A stretch of 51,513 nucleotides of DNA from Octopus bimaculoides (Eukaryota): assembly GCF_001194135.2 (NCBI RefSeq), contig NC_068997.1, forward strand, positions 43,914,734 to 43,966,246, read 5' to 3'. Shown here piece after piece: positions 11,151 through 22,973 of the stretch. Both the position numbers and the translations under genes were made by a program. Position 1 is the stretch's first letter. Each line of letters opens with the position of its first letter. The notes under the pieces were generated by a model, which saw nothing but the letters and a program-made list of their open reading frames with translations, searched no databases and was not told where the DNA came from.

Positions 11151-13303
11151 TTTTGTATTCCTATTGTAATTAAATATGTTTCCAAAGTAAATAACTTTGA
11201 GTTTAATATAGGAAATTTATACAAAGATAAATTTCTTTAATGTAGTTAAAAACATCCTAAAGTAACATAAATAGATAAAAAGTGATCTTTTTTCTTTAAA
11301 ATCATTATGAAGGACTTAATAAAGTTACCATTTTAGTTTGTTTCAGATCACTTATCCTAAGCGAGATCTTCGAACTAGTGTGACTGCCAACCAATTTTAC
11401 AATTTGAGTTGTAGTGAATTTAGAATCAATTTTAATAGCAGAAAGCTTCAAGTTTGCAAAAGAATAATAATAAAAATAAAAATAATAATAAATATGGTTT
11501 CAAATTTTAGCACAAGGGTAACAACTTCAGGGGAGGGGTGAGTCAATTACATTGACCCCAGTGCTCAACTGGTACTTATTTTATTGACCCAGAAAGGATG
11601 AAAGGCAAAGTCAACCTCAGCAGAATTTGAACTCAGAATGCAGAGATGGGCAAAATTCTGCTAAACATTTTGCCCAGTGCAGAAATGATTCTGCTAGCTT
11701 GTCTTATTATTAATAATAATGATTTCAAATTTTGGCACAAGGCCAGCAATTTTGCCTGGCAGGCTAACCATTCTGTCAGCTCACTGCTTTAATAATAAAA
11801 ATACTAATAATAATAATAATCCTTTGTACTATAGACACAAAGCCTGAAATTTGGGGGAGGAAATAAGTCGATTACATCGACCCCAATACGCAACTGGTAC
11901 TTGTTTCATGTTCCACTAAAGGATTAAAGGCAAAGTCGACCTCAGCAGAATTTGAACTCGAGACAGCATTAATAATAATAATAATAATAATGATAATAAT
12001 CTACTATAATAATACTCTTGTGTTTTTCTCTGTCACAACATATGAATGAGAAAGGAAGGGGTGATGGCAAACTGGTAGTGGGAGTGTTTCAACTCTGTGT
12101 GAGTATGTGTGTATGTAAAAGGGAGGTATGTGAATGTTTGCATGTGTGTGTGTGTGTGCAATGGAAGTGGGATGGTGAACATTCAACGCTGAAAGAAAAA
12201 TCAAACAGTGCTTCAACTCTGTGTGAATATATGTATGTGTGGGTACAAAGGAAATATGTGAATGTATGTGTGAACCAGCGTTCTTTCAGTAACAAACAAT
12301 GATCGATGTGACATCTCAAAAGATAACCACTAGATAATATTATCAAGTGTATTAATTTGACTTGCCATCCATATTTATAGATAAGATTCTACAGTTAGCC
12401 ATCATTTTTGATGGCATGGGGCCCGCTAGTAATAATAATAATTATGGTCCAGATGAGGGTCGTCATTCGTCGTTTCGTTTAACATCCGCTTTCCATGCTA
12501 GCATGGGTTGTGGGTTGGACAATTTGACTGAGGACTGGTGAACCGGATGGGTGCACCAGGCTCCAATCCGATCTGGCAGAGTTTCTACAGTTGGATGCCC
12601 TTCCTAGCGCCAACCACTCTGAGACTGTAGTGGGTGCATTTACATGCCACCGGCATGAGGGCCAGTCACACGGTACTGGCAACGGCCACACCCAAAATGG
12701 TGTTTTTGCGTGCCACCTGCACAGGAGCCAATCCAACGGCACTGGCAATGACCTCGCTCGAATGATTTTCTAAACGTGCCACCGGCACGTTGGTAATATC
12801 TTCTATCATTTACTTGTTTCAGTCATTGGACCACATCCATGTAGCGCAACACCTTGTAGGATTTAACCAAACAAATCCACTCAGGACTTTTAAAATTTTT
12901 TCTTTTATGTCTGGTAAATTATTCAATCAATCTCTTTTGCTGAAACAAACCAACATCGATTGTGAAGCAGTGGTAGACACAAGCACAATGGTGGGGACAA
13001 ATGCATGCATGCATGCGCACACACACACACACACACGTGTCTGTGTGCACATGCATGCGCACGCACACACACACACACACATGCGGGTAAGTTTGATCCA
13101 AGTGTAGGAAGTTAGTAAGCTTGAAGCAATAGGTGGTCACTATAGAGAACGCATAGTAGACAGTATACAATAAAATGAATATTTATTAACATTGCATCTT
13201 ACATCTTTTTTCCTATATAAAAGTTACGAGGAATTTACATATGTTGATTGCTTCCATACAACTCACAGTTAGCAACTAACACTACTAAGAATGTGATTGA
13301 AAA

Positions 13304-13390
13304 TTCAATATTTGTAAGGTGTCGAATAGGCAGAATAAAGGTTACATATTAGCCTATATTCTACCTATTCCACTCCTTATAAATTTTGGA
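13304..13390. other. Isolated ~38-bp imperfect hairpin (pre-miRNA-like or MITE relic)
   Basis: TAAGG-tgtc-GAATAGG-c-AGAATA-a-AGG / CCT-a-TATTCT-a-CCTATTC-cact-CCTTA with an 11-nt loop and a basal extension. Confidence 0.5.
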
Positions 13391-14836
13391 GATATGTGTA
13401 TATATATATATATATATATNNNNNNNNNNNNNNNNNNNNNNNNNNNNNNNNNNNNNNNNNNNNNNNNNNNNNNNNNNNNNNNNNNNNNNNNNNNNNNNNN
13501 NNNNNNNNNNNNNNNNNNNNNNNNNNNNNNNNNNNNNNNNNNNNNNNNNNNNNNNNNNNNNNNNNNNNNNNNNNNNNNNNNNNNNNNNNNNNNNNNNNNN
13601 NNNNNNNNNNNNNNNNNNNNNNNNNNNNNNNNNNNNNNNNNNNNNNNNNNNNNNNNNNNNNNNNNNNNNNNNNNNNNNNNNNNNNNNNNNNNNNNNNNNN
13701 NNAGACACTTGCTCAAGGTGCCACACAGTGGGACTGAACTTTTTCCATCTGTTAAAAGGCTGTTGTAGAAGACACTTGCTCAAGGTGCCACACAGTGGGA
13801 CTGAACCCCAAACTACATGGTTGCAAAGCAAGCTTCTTTATCACACAGCCATGCCTCACCTATGATATATATATATATATATGTATGTGTGTTTGTTAAC
13901 CTTAAGGCAATATCCTATAGGGGACACACACATGTTTAGATTTAACAGGCCATATGCGAGATAAAGTGTCTGCCTGGATCTCTGATAGTCGTCTCTCTCT
14001 CTCAGATGAAGAGAAAGCCCCAGAACAACAAAATAGCAAACTATTTCTTTTCCCTCTGGGCATACAAACTACTCCAAATTCATGAATTTTAAATGTCACT
14101 ATAAAATTTTTGCTGACTGCAGAAACCCCCATAGTTTCTTTAGACACTTTTTTTCTTTACCTGTTTGTTTATAAAGTGTGTGTGTGTGTGTGAATGTTTG
14201 AGAGAGAGAAAGGCAGTGTATGAAGAAGAAAGAGCGGGAATGATATATAAAGGTTAAAATGATAAGAAGGGAATAGTGTTACTAGTGGAACAGCAGAATC
14301 TAGTAATTCTTGATAAGTTTAAATACACACACACACACACACTCGTTTATATATTCATTTACATTTGCATTCATGCATATACTCATACATAGACATGTAA
14401 TATGTGGATCTCCGTATAAAATATCCAATTTTCTGATCAACTAAAGTTCCTGNNNNNNNNNNNNNNNNNNNNNNNNNNNNNNNNNNNNNNNNNNNNNNNN
14501 NNNNNNNNNNNNNNNNNNNNNNNNNNNNNNNNNNNNNNNNNNNNNNNNNNNNNNNNNNNNNNNNNNNNNNNNNNNNNNNNNNNNNNNNNNNNNNNNNNNN
14601 NNNNNNNNNNNNNNNNNNNNNNNNNNNNNNNNNNNNNNNNNNNNNNNNNNNNNNNNNNNNNNNNNNNNNNNNNNNNNNNNNNNNNNNNNNNNNNNNNNNN
14701 NNNNNNNNNNNNNNNNNNNNNNNNNNNNNNNNNNNNNNNNNNNNNNNNNNNNNNNNNNNNNNNNNNNNNNNNNNNNNNNNNNNNNNNNNNNNNNNNNNNN
14801 NNNNNNNNNNNNNNNNNNNNNNNNNNNNNNNNNNNN

Positions 14837-14883
<47 letters not shown>

Positions 14884-15658
14884 GTATATATATATACACA
14901 CACACACACATACAGGTAGAGGTAGGACAATGTGGTAAACGTTTGGTTCCCAATGACATGGTTCTGGGCTCTTTCCTTTCCTGAGTGTCCAATACCACAG
15001 TACTTGTACCATGTCCTCGTGTTGTTGCTTTTTCTTGCTTGTTCTTGTTTGGATTGACTATATGTATGTATGTATTTCACATGTTTGTTATGGTGACTTC
15101 ACTGCTACCACCTTAAATTAATGAATAAACTTTTATACGTGCTTCAAGTACTCTATTGTCTGTGGTTTGTTCACCCAAACACAGTGTCAGACTAAATTTC
15201 TGCAATATTTGGTTACAATCTTTCTGTTCTCAGTTCAAATCTTACATAGAACAATTGTGTTTTTTATCCTTCATGGGCTGATAAAATAAGTATCTGTCAA
15301 ATACTGAGATCCATAACTATTTGTACTTCTCAAAACTATGTCCTAGCCTACACAAGATCCATTGGCTGAAATCTTAAAACAATACATACATATGTTTCTC
15401 AGAGCATATATATTTATATATATGTATAATGGCCGTTGCCAGTACCGCCTGACTGGCCTTCGTGCCGGTGGCACGTAAAAAGCACCCACTACACTCTCTG
15501 AGTGGTTGGCGTTAGGAAGGGCATTCAGCTGTAGAAACTCTGCCAAATCAGATTGGAGCCTGGTGTAGCCATCTGGTTCACCAGTCCTCAGTCAAATCGT
15601 CCAACCCATGCTAGCATGGAAAGCGGACGTTAAACGATGATGATGATGATGATGATGA

Positions 15659-15705
<47 letters not shown>

Positions 15706-16252
15706 TATTGTGGTGCAAACAGGAATAGTAGAACTAAAAATATGAGTATGTGTTTATCTTTATTAATATTTAGCAGAGGTAACACAGTTACCAGAGCTTC
15801 AGTCACTCTGTTGCTTCTGCTAAATATTCATGAATATATATAAAATTAAACAAAGGACATACTGAGTATGACTATCTGCTGGAAATAACAGTCAAAACTG
15901 TTATTCAAATCGCTGGTTTAAATTTTTGGCAATTTAAATAAGACCGTTATTTCCAGCAGGTAGACATACTTAGTATGTCCTTTGGTTAATTTTAATCATT
16001 CAGCTATTTAATACCTTTTGGGCCTGCATCGCTTATATTATTGATTCTGTTATTATCATTTTTAATTGTTACACTAGATAATAATAGAGTCAACAATATC
16101 TTCGTAAATATTTTCTCCTGAATTATTTGCTCCATATTGACATAAATATGGCCGCAGTCAAATGACTGAAACAAGTAAAAGAATATATATATATATATAT
16201 ATATAGGTGCATATACATATATATATATAAATATATATATATAGCTTTGTGC

Positions 16253-16285
<33 letters not shown>

Positions 16286-16910
16286 GCTTTGTGCATATAC
16301 CTATATATATGGCTCTGTAGTAAGAAGCTTGCTTCCCAACCACAAGGTTAAGTTCTACTGCATGGCACCTTGGGCAAGTGTATTCTGCTATAGCCTTGGG
16401 CTGACCAAGGTATTGTGAGTGGATTTGATATAGAGAAACTGAAGGAAGTCTGTTATGTATATATATATATATATATATATGGAACCACCTGACAGGCCCA
16501 TGTGCCAGTGGCATGTAAAAGCACTCACTACACTCTTGAAGTGGTTGGCGTTAGGAAGAGCACCTAGCTGCAGAAACTTTGCCAAATCAGACCAACCCAT
16601 GCCAGCATGGAAAGCAGGCGTTAAACGACGATTATGATGATGATGATGATGATGAATATATATATATATATATATATGTCTGTGTGTTGTTGCGTCTGTG
16701 TTTGTCCCCCCACCACCACATTACAACTGGTGCTGGTGTGTTTACATCCCTGTAACTTAGTGGTTCAGCAAAGAGAGACCGACAGAATAAGTACGGAGCT
16801 TTTAAAAAACATGTACTGGGTGGGGGGTCGATACATTCAACTAAAATATTCCCCAAGGTGGTGACCCAGCACAGCCACAGTTAACTGACTGAAACAAGTA
16901 AAAGATATAT

Positions 16911-16957
<47 letters not shown>

Positions 16958-17725
16958 CATACATGAGAGAGAGAGATAGATGATGATATATAAATCTATA
17001 TATGTATACTTCTCAGAATTTCTTGCTATTCTAGAGAGAGAGAGGGAGAGAGAATTGTAGGGGCATCGCAGTCTAAGAACACTTCCATGCTGACTCAACT
17101 TCCTGTCTTCCTTGAAACCATATCTAGCCCTTTCCCACCTCATATTTATGGTGGGTCCAATCTGTTTCATTAGTTTTCAACTCTTATACATTTGATCACA
17201 GATACACATGTTCCACATCAGGCACAGATAGCCTTTTTTTCTTGTGGCAGATCTCGAAAGATTTTGCTCATTATAAATTAGGCCACACAACTAAAAACAA
17301 AAAATTTATTTAAAGAAAAAATACCATGCTTGTAGCACAGAGTATACCATATATTACACTAAGTATTTCATACAAATTTGATTGACTGTTTGGTTGACTA
17401 AATGAGAAAGAGAGAAAGAAATGAGAATGTACAAATTAACAATCAAGCCTAAAGATTACGTTACAAAATTTTAGTAAAAATTTTGTTTACCAGCAGAAAG
17501 ACGACCCTCCAGGATGTTTTCTGCTAGTCATTATGACAAGGATAAACCGCATGTGTGCATATGAGTGTGTGTGTGTATTTTTATGTGTGTATGTATGTAT
17601 GTGCACGTATGTATGTATGTGTGTATGTACGTACATACGTGCATGTGTGTATGTCTTCTACCTTCCATTTGTTTCAGTCGTTAGACCGAGGCCATGCTGG
17701 GGTACTCTCTTGAAGGCTTTTTATT

Positions 17726-18140
17726 AGGCGCAGGAGTGGCCGTGTGGTAAGTAGTTTGCTTACCAACCACATGGTTCTAGGTTCAGTCCCACTGCGTGGC
17801 ATCTTGGGCAAGTGTCTTCTACTATAGCCTCGGGCCGACCAAAGCCTTGTGAGAGGATTTGGTAGATAGAAACTCAAAGAAGCCTGTCGTATATATGTAT
17901 ATATATATATATGTGTGTGTGTTTGTGTGTCTGTGTTTGCCCCCCTAGCATTGCTTGACAAACGATGCTGGTTTGTTTATGTCCCCGTCACTTAGCGGTT
18001 CAGCAAAAGAGACCGATAGAATAAGTACTAGTCTTATAAAGAATAAGTCTCAGGGTCGATTTGCTCGACTAAAGGCGGTGCTCCAGCATGGCCACAGTCA
18101 AATGACTGAAACAAGTAAAAGAGTAAAAAAAAAAGAGTAA
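17726..18140 (+). mobile_element. tRNA-derived SINE family A (CORE-like block; internal (TA)n/(TG)n), young copy; more than 20 full or partial copies in the window (e.g. 5762-6180 -, 28228-28620 +, 34518-34903 +, 37968-38367 +)
   Basis: A box tggccgtgtgg (17737) and B box ggttcagtcc (17780). The ccttgggcaagt block resembles the CORE domain; 3' end gactgaaacaagtaaaagag. Confidence 0.85.
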
Positions 18141-19026
18141 AAGAGAACAAATCAACTGCACAACTTTTTTTTTTAAATCTCAGTACCTGTTCTGTTGGTC
18201 TCTTTTGCCAAACCGGAAAGTAATAGAGACATAAACAAACAAACACCATGGGGACAAACATACATGTGCGTGCACACTCAGACACACACACACACAATTA
18301 TGCGTGCTGTTGTGACTTCTTTTCCTTCTTTGAACTTTTCCCTTTCTCCTTTCTGACGAAGAGCTATGCTTGAAATGTCAAGCTCTCTTTTCACCATGCA
18401 TCAAGCTAATACATTTCTTGTGCACATACTCTTGTCTGTTAACTTTTACTCTTTTATTTGAATTGGCTATATATATATATATGCTGGGGGCTTCTTTCAG
18501 TTACTGCCTACCAGATCCACTTACAAGGCTTTTAGTCAGCCTGGTGCTATAAGTCTAAGACACTTGCCCAAAGTGCCACACAGTGAGACTGCACCTGGAA
18601 GCATGTGGTTGGGAAGCAAACGTCTTACCACACAGCCATGCAGCACTCGTGTGTATAATGTATGCAGTTGTATATAATATCTGATATATATATATATATG
18701 TGCGTGTGTGCATACATAAATATATATATATATATACATATAGTCTGTATAGAAAGTTGTTCTTTCCTAGGGATAAATTATCCAAGTGTACACCAGTTTT
18801 GCACTAATATTGATTAACGATACTGGAAATTTTAGATGTGTATATGTATTAGTGTTTATCATTGGTTCTTCTTCAATAATAGTACTTTACACCTCTGAAA
18901 TTCCAGTTGTTGCTATGGAAATTGCCATTATTTTTGATATAGGAGAAAGAAGTCTAAAAATTCAAAGAAAACAGAGAAGTCTGGAATATGAATGAACTTA
19001 TTAATTTGACTGGACTATAGTAATTT

Positions 19027-19047
19027 ATATATATATTTATATATATA

Positions 19048-19133
<86 letters not shown>
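19027..19133. repeat. (TA)n microsatellite (longest ungapped of many TA/CA/AAT/GAT tracts)
   Basis: Direct reading; most N gaps abut (TA)n tracts. Confidence 0.95.
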
Positions 19134-19138
<5 letters not shown>

Positions 19139-20412
19139 TGTGTGTGTGTCTATGATGACAGATAAATATGTTCCAAGAGATCCAGTTGTAAGCAAACTAT
19201 CCAAGGCAGATATGGTCAGAAGGATGAAAACTGATCTTATTTATGTACCTCACGAAGGAGATGAAAAAGGTACATAAGTAGCAATGCACTGTGTTGAAGA
19301 AGATCCATCTAGGCCCTGTACTGGATCATGCTCCTATGCAGAAGCTGCCCTGCCGTGTAATCTTACATTAGTCATACTTGAAATACTTTGGTAAAAGGGA
19401 TTTCAGTCATGAAAACCCCACTATTTATATACTGTGAACAATATTGTTCAGTATAGCCATTTCTGTTTTTTAAGGACCCGATTTTGTGAGAGTTTTAGCT
19501 GCTATTTTCAGTAGGTTTAGTGACAAAAGGGATTGTTGTGTGTTTACCATCTCCAGGCATATCTGATGATAGTGTAGTAAGAAATTTGCTTCCCAACCAC
19601 TTGGTTCTAGGTTCAGTCATGTTGTGTGGTATCTTGAGCAAGTGTTTTCTTCTATAGCTCTGGGACAACCAAAGTCTTGTGAGTGTATTTGGTGAAAAGA
19701 AACTTAAAGAAGCCCATTGCGTATATATATATATACATATGTCTTATTTCTACTTCCATTCTTTTATTTCCTTCTATATTCCCTATCTTTTCCACAATAA
19801 TTCGAACTCAAATATTTTCNNNNNNNNNNATATACCTATGTGAGTGTGCTTTTGTGTTTATCCCCCACCATTGCTTGACAACTGGTGTTGGTTTGTTTAC
19901 ATTTCCATGACTTAGCAGTTTGACATAGGACACTAATAGAATAAGCACCATGCTTAAAAAATAAATTAAATACTTAGGTCAACTGATTCAACCAAGACTC
20001 TTTAATGTGGTGCTCCAGCATGGCTGCACATTGACTGACAATCAAATAAAACAAAAAAAGATAAGTGACAATAATTCTATTATTTATTTAAATATGTGGA
20101 TTTCAGACATATCTAAAACGTAAATAAAACGTGTAAAATTGTATAAAAGCAACCTATTTATTACATTTCTGATGACCTTCTAATTTGGAATGAGATTTTT
20201 CTCTACCAATTAACAAAATTTTGGTTGGTGAATCTCTGCAAAATATTTTTACTTTAATGACACTAAATATATTTGTTCAAATTACAAAACCATTTGCTCG
20301 TAGCCAAAATAAATTGAGGTGAGAGTAGTAGAAGATCCTAAAGGTCCCTATTTCAACCCCAGGTTTTGATATCTTGATAGTTTTCTTTTTGTTCTTGAAA
20401 TGTATAAATTTT

Positions 20413-21416
20413 GGTTCTTTTCACTTTCATCGGCAGATTGAGAAATTAAGTTTTTGTAACTAAACACTTTCAAACTTTGGACACTGGTAGAATGTGTCAT
20501 ATAAAACATCTTTTACTCTTAGTGTTGTTGAGAAAAGTTTCTATTTACGAAGTTATTTCGTGTTAAAGTTGTTGTATTTCGATAATTTCAACCAATCAAT
20601 GACGTATATTCAGCTGAATAATTACTGCTGTTGTTTGTGAACAACAACTTCCGGCGGTGTATATTTCGTTTGTCACTGTTATTTATGACATCATTCGTGC
20701 ATTTGTACTGGTTTTAGCTTTAGGTATAGGGTTAGGGTTGGGGTTTTAGGATTAAGGTCATGGAAAAAAGTGAAAANNNNNNNNNNNNNNNNNNNNNNNN
20801 NNNNNNNNNNNNNNNNNNNNNNNNNNNNNNNNNNNNNNNNNNNNNNNNNNNNNNNNNNNNNNNNNNNNNNNNNNNNNNNNNNNNNNNNNNNNNNNNNNNN
20901 NNNNNNNNNNNNNNNNNNNNNNNNNNNNNNNNNNNNNNNNNNNNNNNNNNNNNNNNNNNNNNNNNNNNNNNNNNNNNNNNNNNNNNNNNNNNNNNNTTTC
21001 CGAAAATAGTAGCTGAAAAACAGGAAAAAATACCCCTAAAAACAGTAGAAATGCATGAACAATTATGGTGGTGTCATGAAATAAACGTACTTCAGATACA
21101 CTCGTTTATTCATACAAACGTAACTGAGATGAAATATGTCATAAGTAACAGTGACAAACAAACTATACACTGCTGGAAGTTGTTGTTGACAAACAACAGC
21201 AGTAATTTTATTCAGCTGAATACACGTCATTGATTGGTTGAAATTACCGAAATATGACAACTTTAACACGAAATAACTTCGTAAATAGAAACTTTTCTCA
21301 ACAACACTAAGAGTAAAAGATGTTTTATATGACACATTCTACCAGTGTCCAAGGTTTGAAAGTGTTTATTTACAAAAACTTAATTTCTCGATCTGCCAAT
21401 GAAAGTGAAAAGATCC
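20413..21416. mobile_element. Foldback/MITE with inverted arms of at least ~280 bp (gap in centre)
   Basis: 20413-20692 is the near reverse complement of 21134-21416. GG...CC termini are flanked by tttt on both sides. Confidence 0.85.
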
Positions 21417-22521
21417 TTTTCTATAATTTGATTTAGGGGTGATTGAGCTTTTAGCTTACATACAATATTGTTGCATAATCACCATTATAATAAGAATTAA
21501 TCTTGACATTAGGCATGCTTTATACAGTGATTAAATCACTACAGGTGTAGCCTTATGTTTAAGCTGACTTCCCAAACACATGATTGCAGGTTCAATCCAA
21601 CTGTGGCACCTTGGGCAACAGTTATATACTATCATGCTGGGTTGAACATTTATTTTGAGAATGACATTATAGGGTAGGTGTGAGAGGCCAGATCTTGCTG
21701 AAGGGAACATAAAACAGGTAGAATGTTTGGGTTGGATATGACTAATTAAACATATCATTTGGGTAGATTAATTGCTAACTGATTTTTTGTCTAGGCTGGA
21801 ACTGAGGAAGTATTATTCTTGGAAATAAGAAATTTTCTGTGAAAGGGTTAATCCTTTAACACAATTTGCAATTGGAGTCTGTAGTGGTGTTAGACATAGT
21901 AACAGGAACAGCAGTAAACAATAGCTCTTTACAGTAGTAGTAGTAGTTTCTATAAACTTTTAAACCATTACACGTGTAGTGCAGAAGGAGTAAGCAGTAG
22001 AAGATTTGATTAACAGATGGTCACCAAATGGTCTTTTTTTTCTCTGGGAACAGGGACTGTTTAAATCTTCCCTGCTGTTTAAAAAAACGGGAATAGGGGA
22101 CATATAGTGGGTTTGGCTTATTAATTACAGGAAATTAAGGAGACTTGTTCTCAAGTTCCCTAGTCTTTGAACAGGTTTTGTTGCAAGAACTCAAAAAGTA
22201 GATATTAGAAATATAGACTTTACCAAACCATATAGTAATGTGATGGAGTGAGGTATTCATGTTTTAGTTGATTAAAATTACATTCACAGTGATAAGGAAA
22301 ATATCAGCTTATGAGAGACAAGAAAGGCAGGGTAGATAACTCTTGGTATTTAACTTATTTGAAATCTAAAAATAAAATGAAATGGTGGTGGGGGATGAGT
22401 TTGAACTTTGGCATTACAGTGACAACTCTGGACATATTTAGGACATAGTAGTCCTTATCAGCAAAGTCCTTATCGTACTTCAGCCCAGAGCTTCTTAAAT
22501 TGGCAAATACAAAATTCCACC

Positions 22522-22556
<35 letters not shown>

Positions 22557-22626
22557 CATGTGCGTGTGTTTAATATACATTTTTCTTTTACTCTCATGTT
22601 GGGGCTCCACCTTGAAGGGTTTAGAT

Positions 22627-22973
22627 CAGTGGTTTTCTGCCATTTTTATTTATGGGCCCCTTTAATTCCTATTTTATTCTGGTGGACCCACATAGCCATT
22701 CAATGTTTAAAAACTAGTTTTATTGATAATTTTTTTCAAAATTCCTATTTTGTTATTCACACATTAACTTGCATAGGTTGAACTATGTAAAGCATTAGAG
22801 AAAGAAGCCTAACTGCCTCTTGCAATAAATACATTTAAATCAGAACTTTTTATGTATCCTTAGTATACTACTACTACAGATCCCCAGTTTACTATTTTGC
22901 TTGTGTGGACCTCCAAAATTTTATCTGGACACCACCCCCCTGGGATCATATGGACCCCAGTTGAGAACCACTG
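22627..22973. mobile_element. hAT (Charlie-type) MITE inside a SINE A copy
   Basis: CAGTGGTT...AACCACTG TIRs with a perfect 8-bp TSD gtttagat (22619-22626, 22974-22981). Confidence 0.9.

Noticed and set aside
13703-13810. Short duplicated SINE head segment (agacacttgctcaaggtgccacacagtgggactgaac twice)
   Set aside because: It is adjacent to a gap and inside a SINE; likely an assembly artefact or trivial local duplication.
17726-17800. tRNA genes
   Set aside because: The A/B boxes belong to SINE heads; there is no complete cloverleaf.
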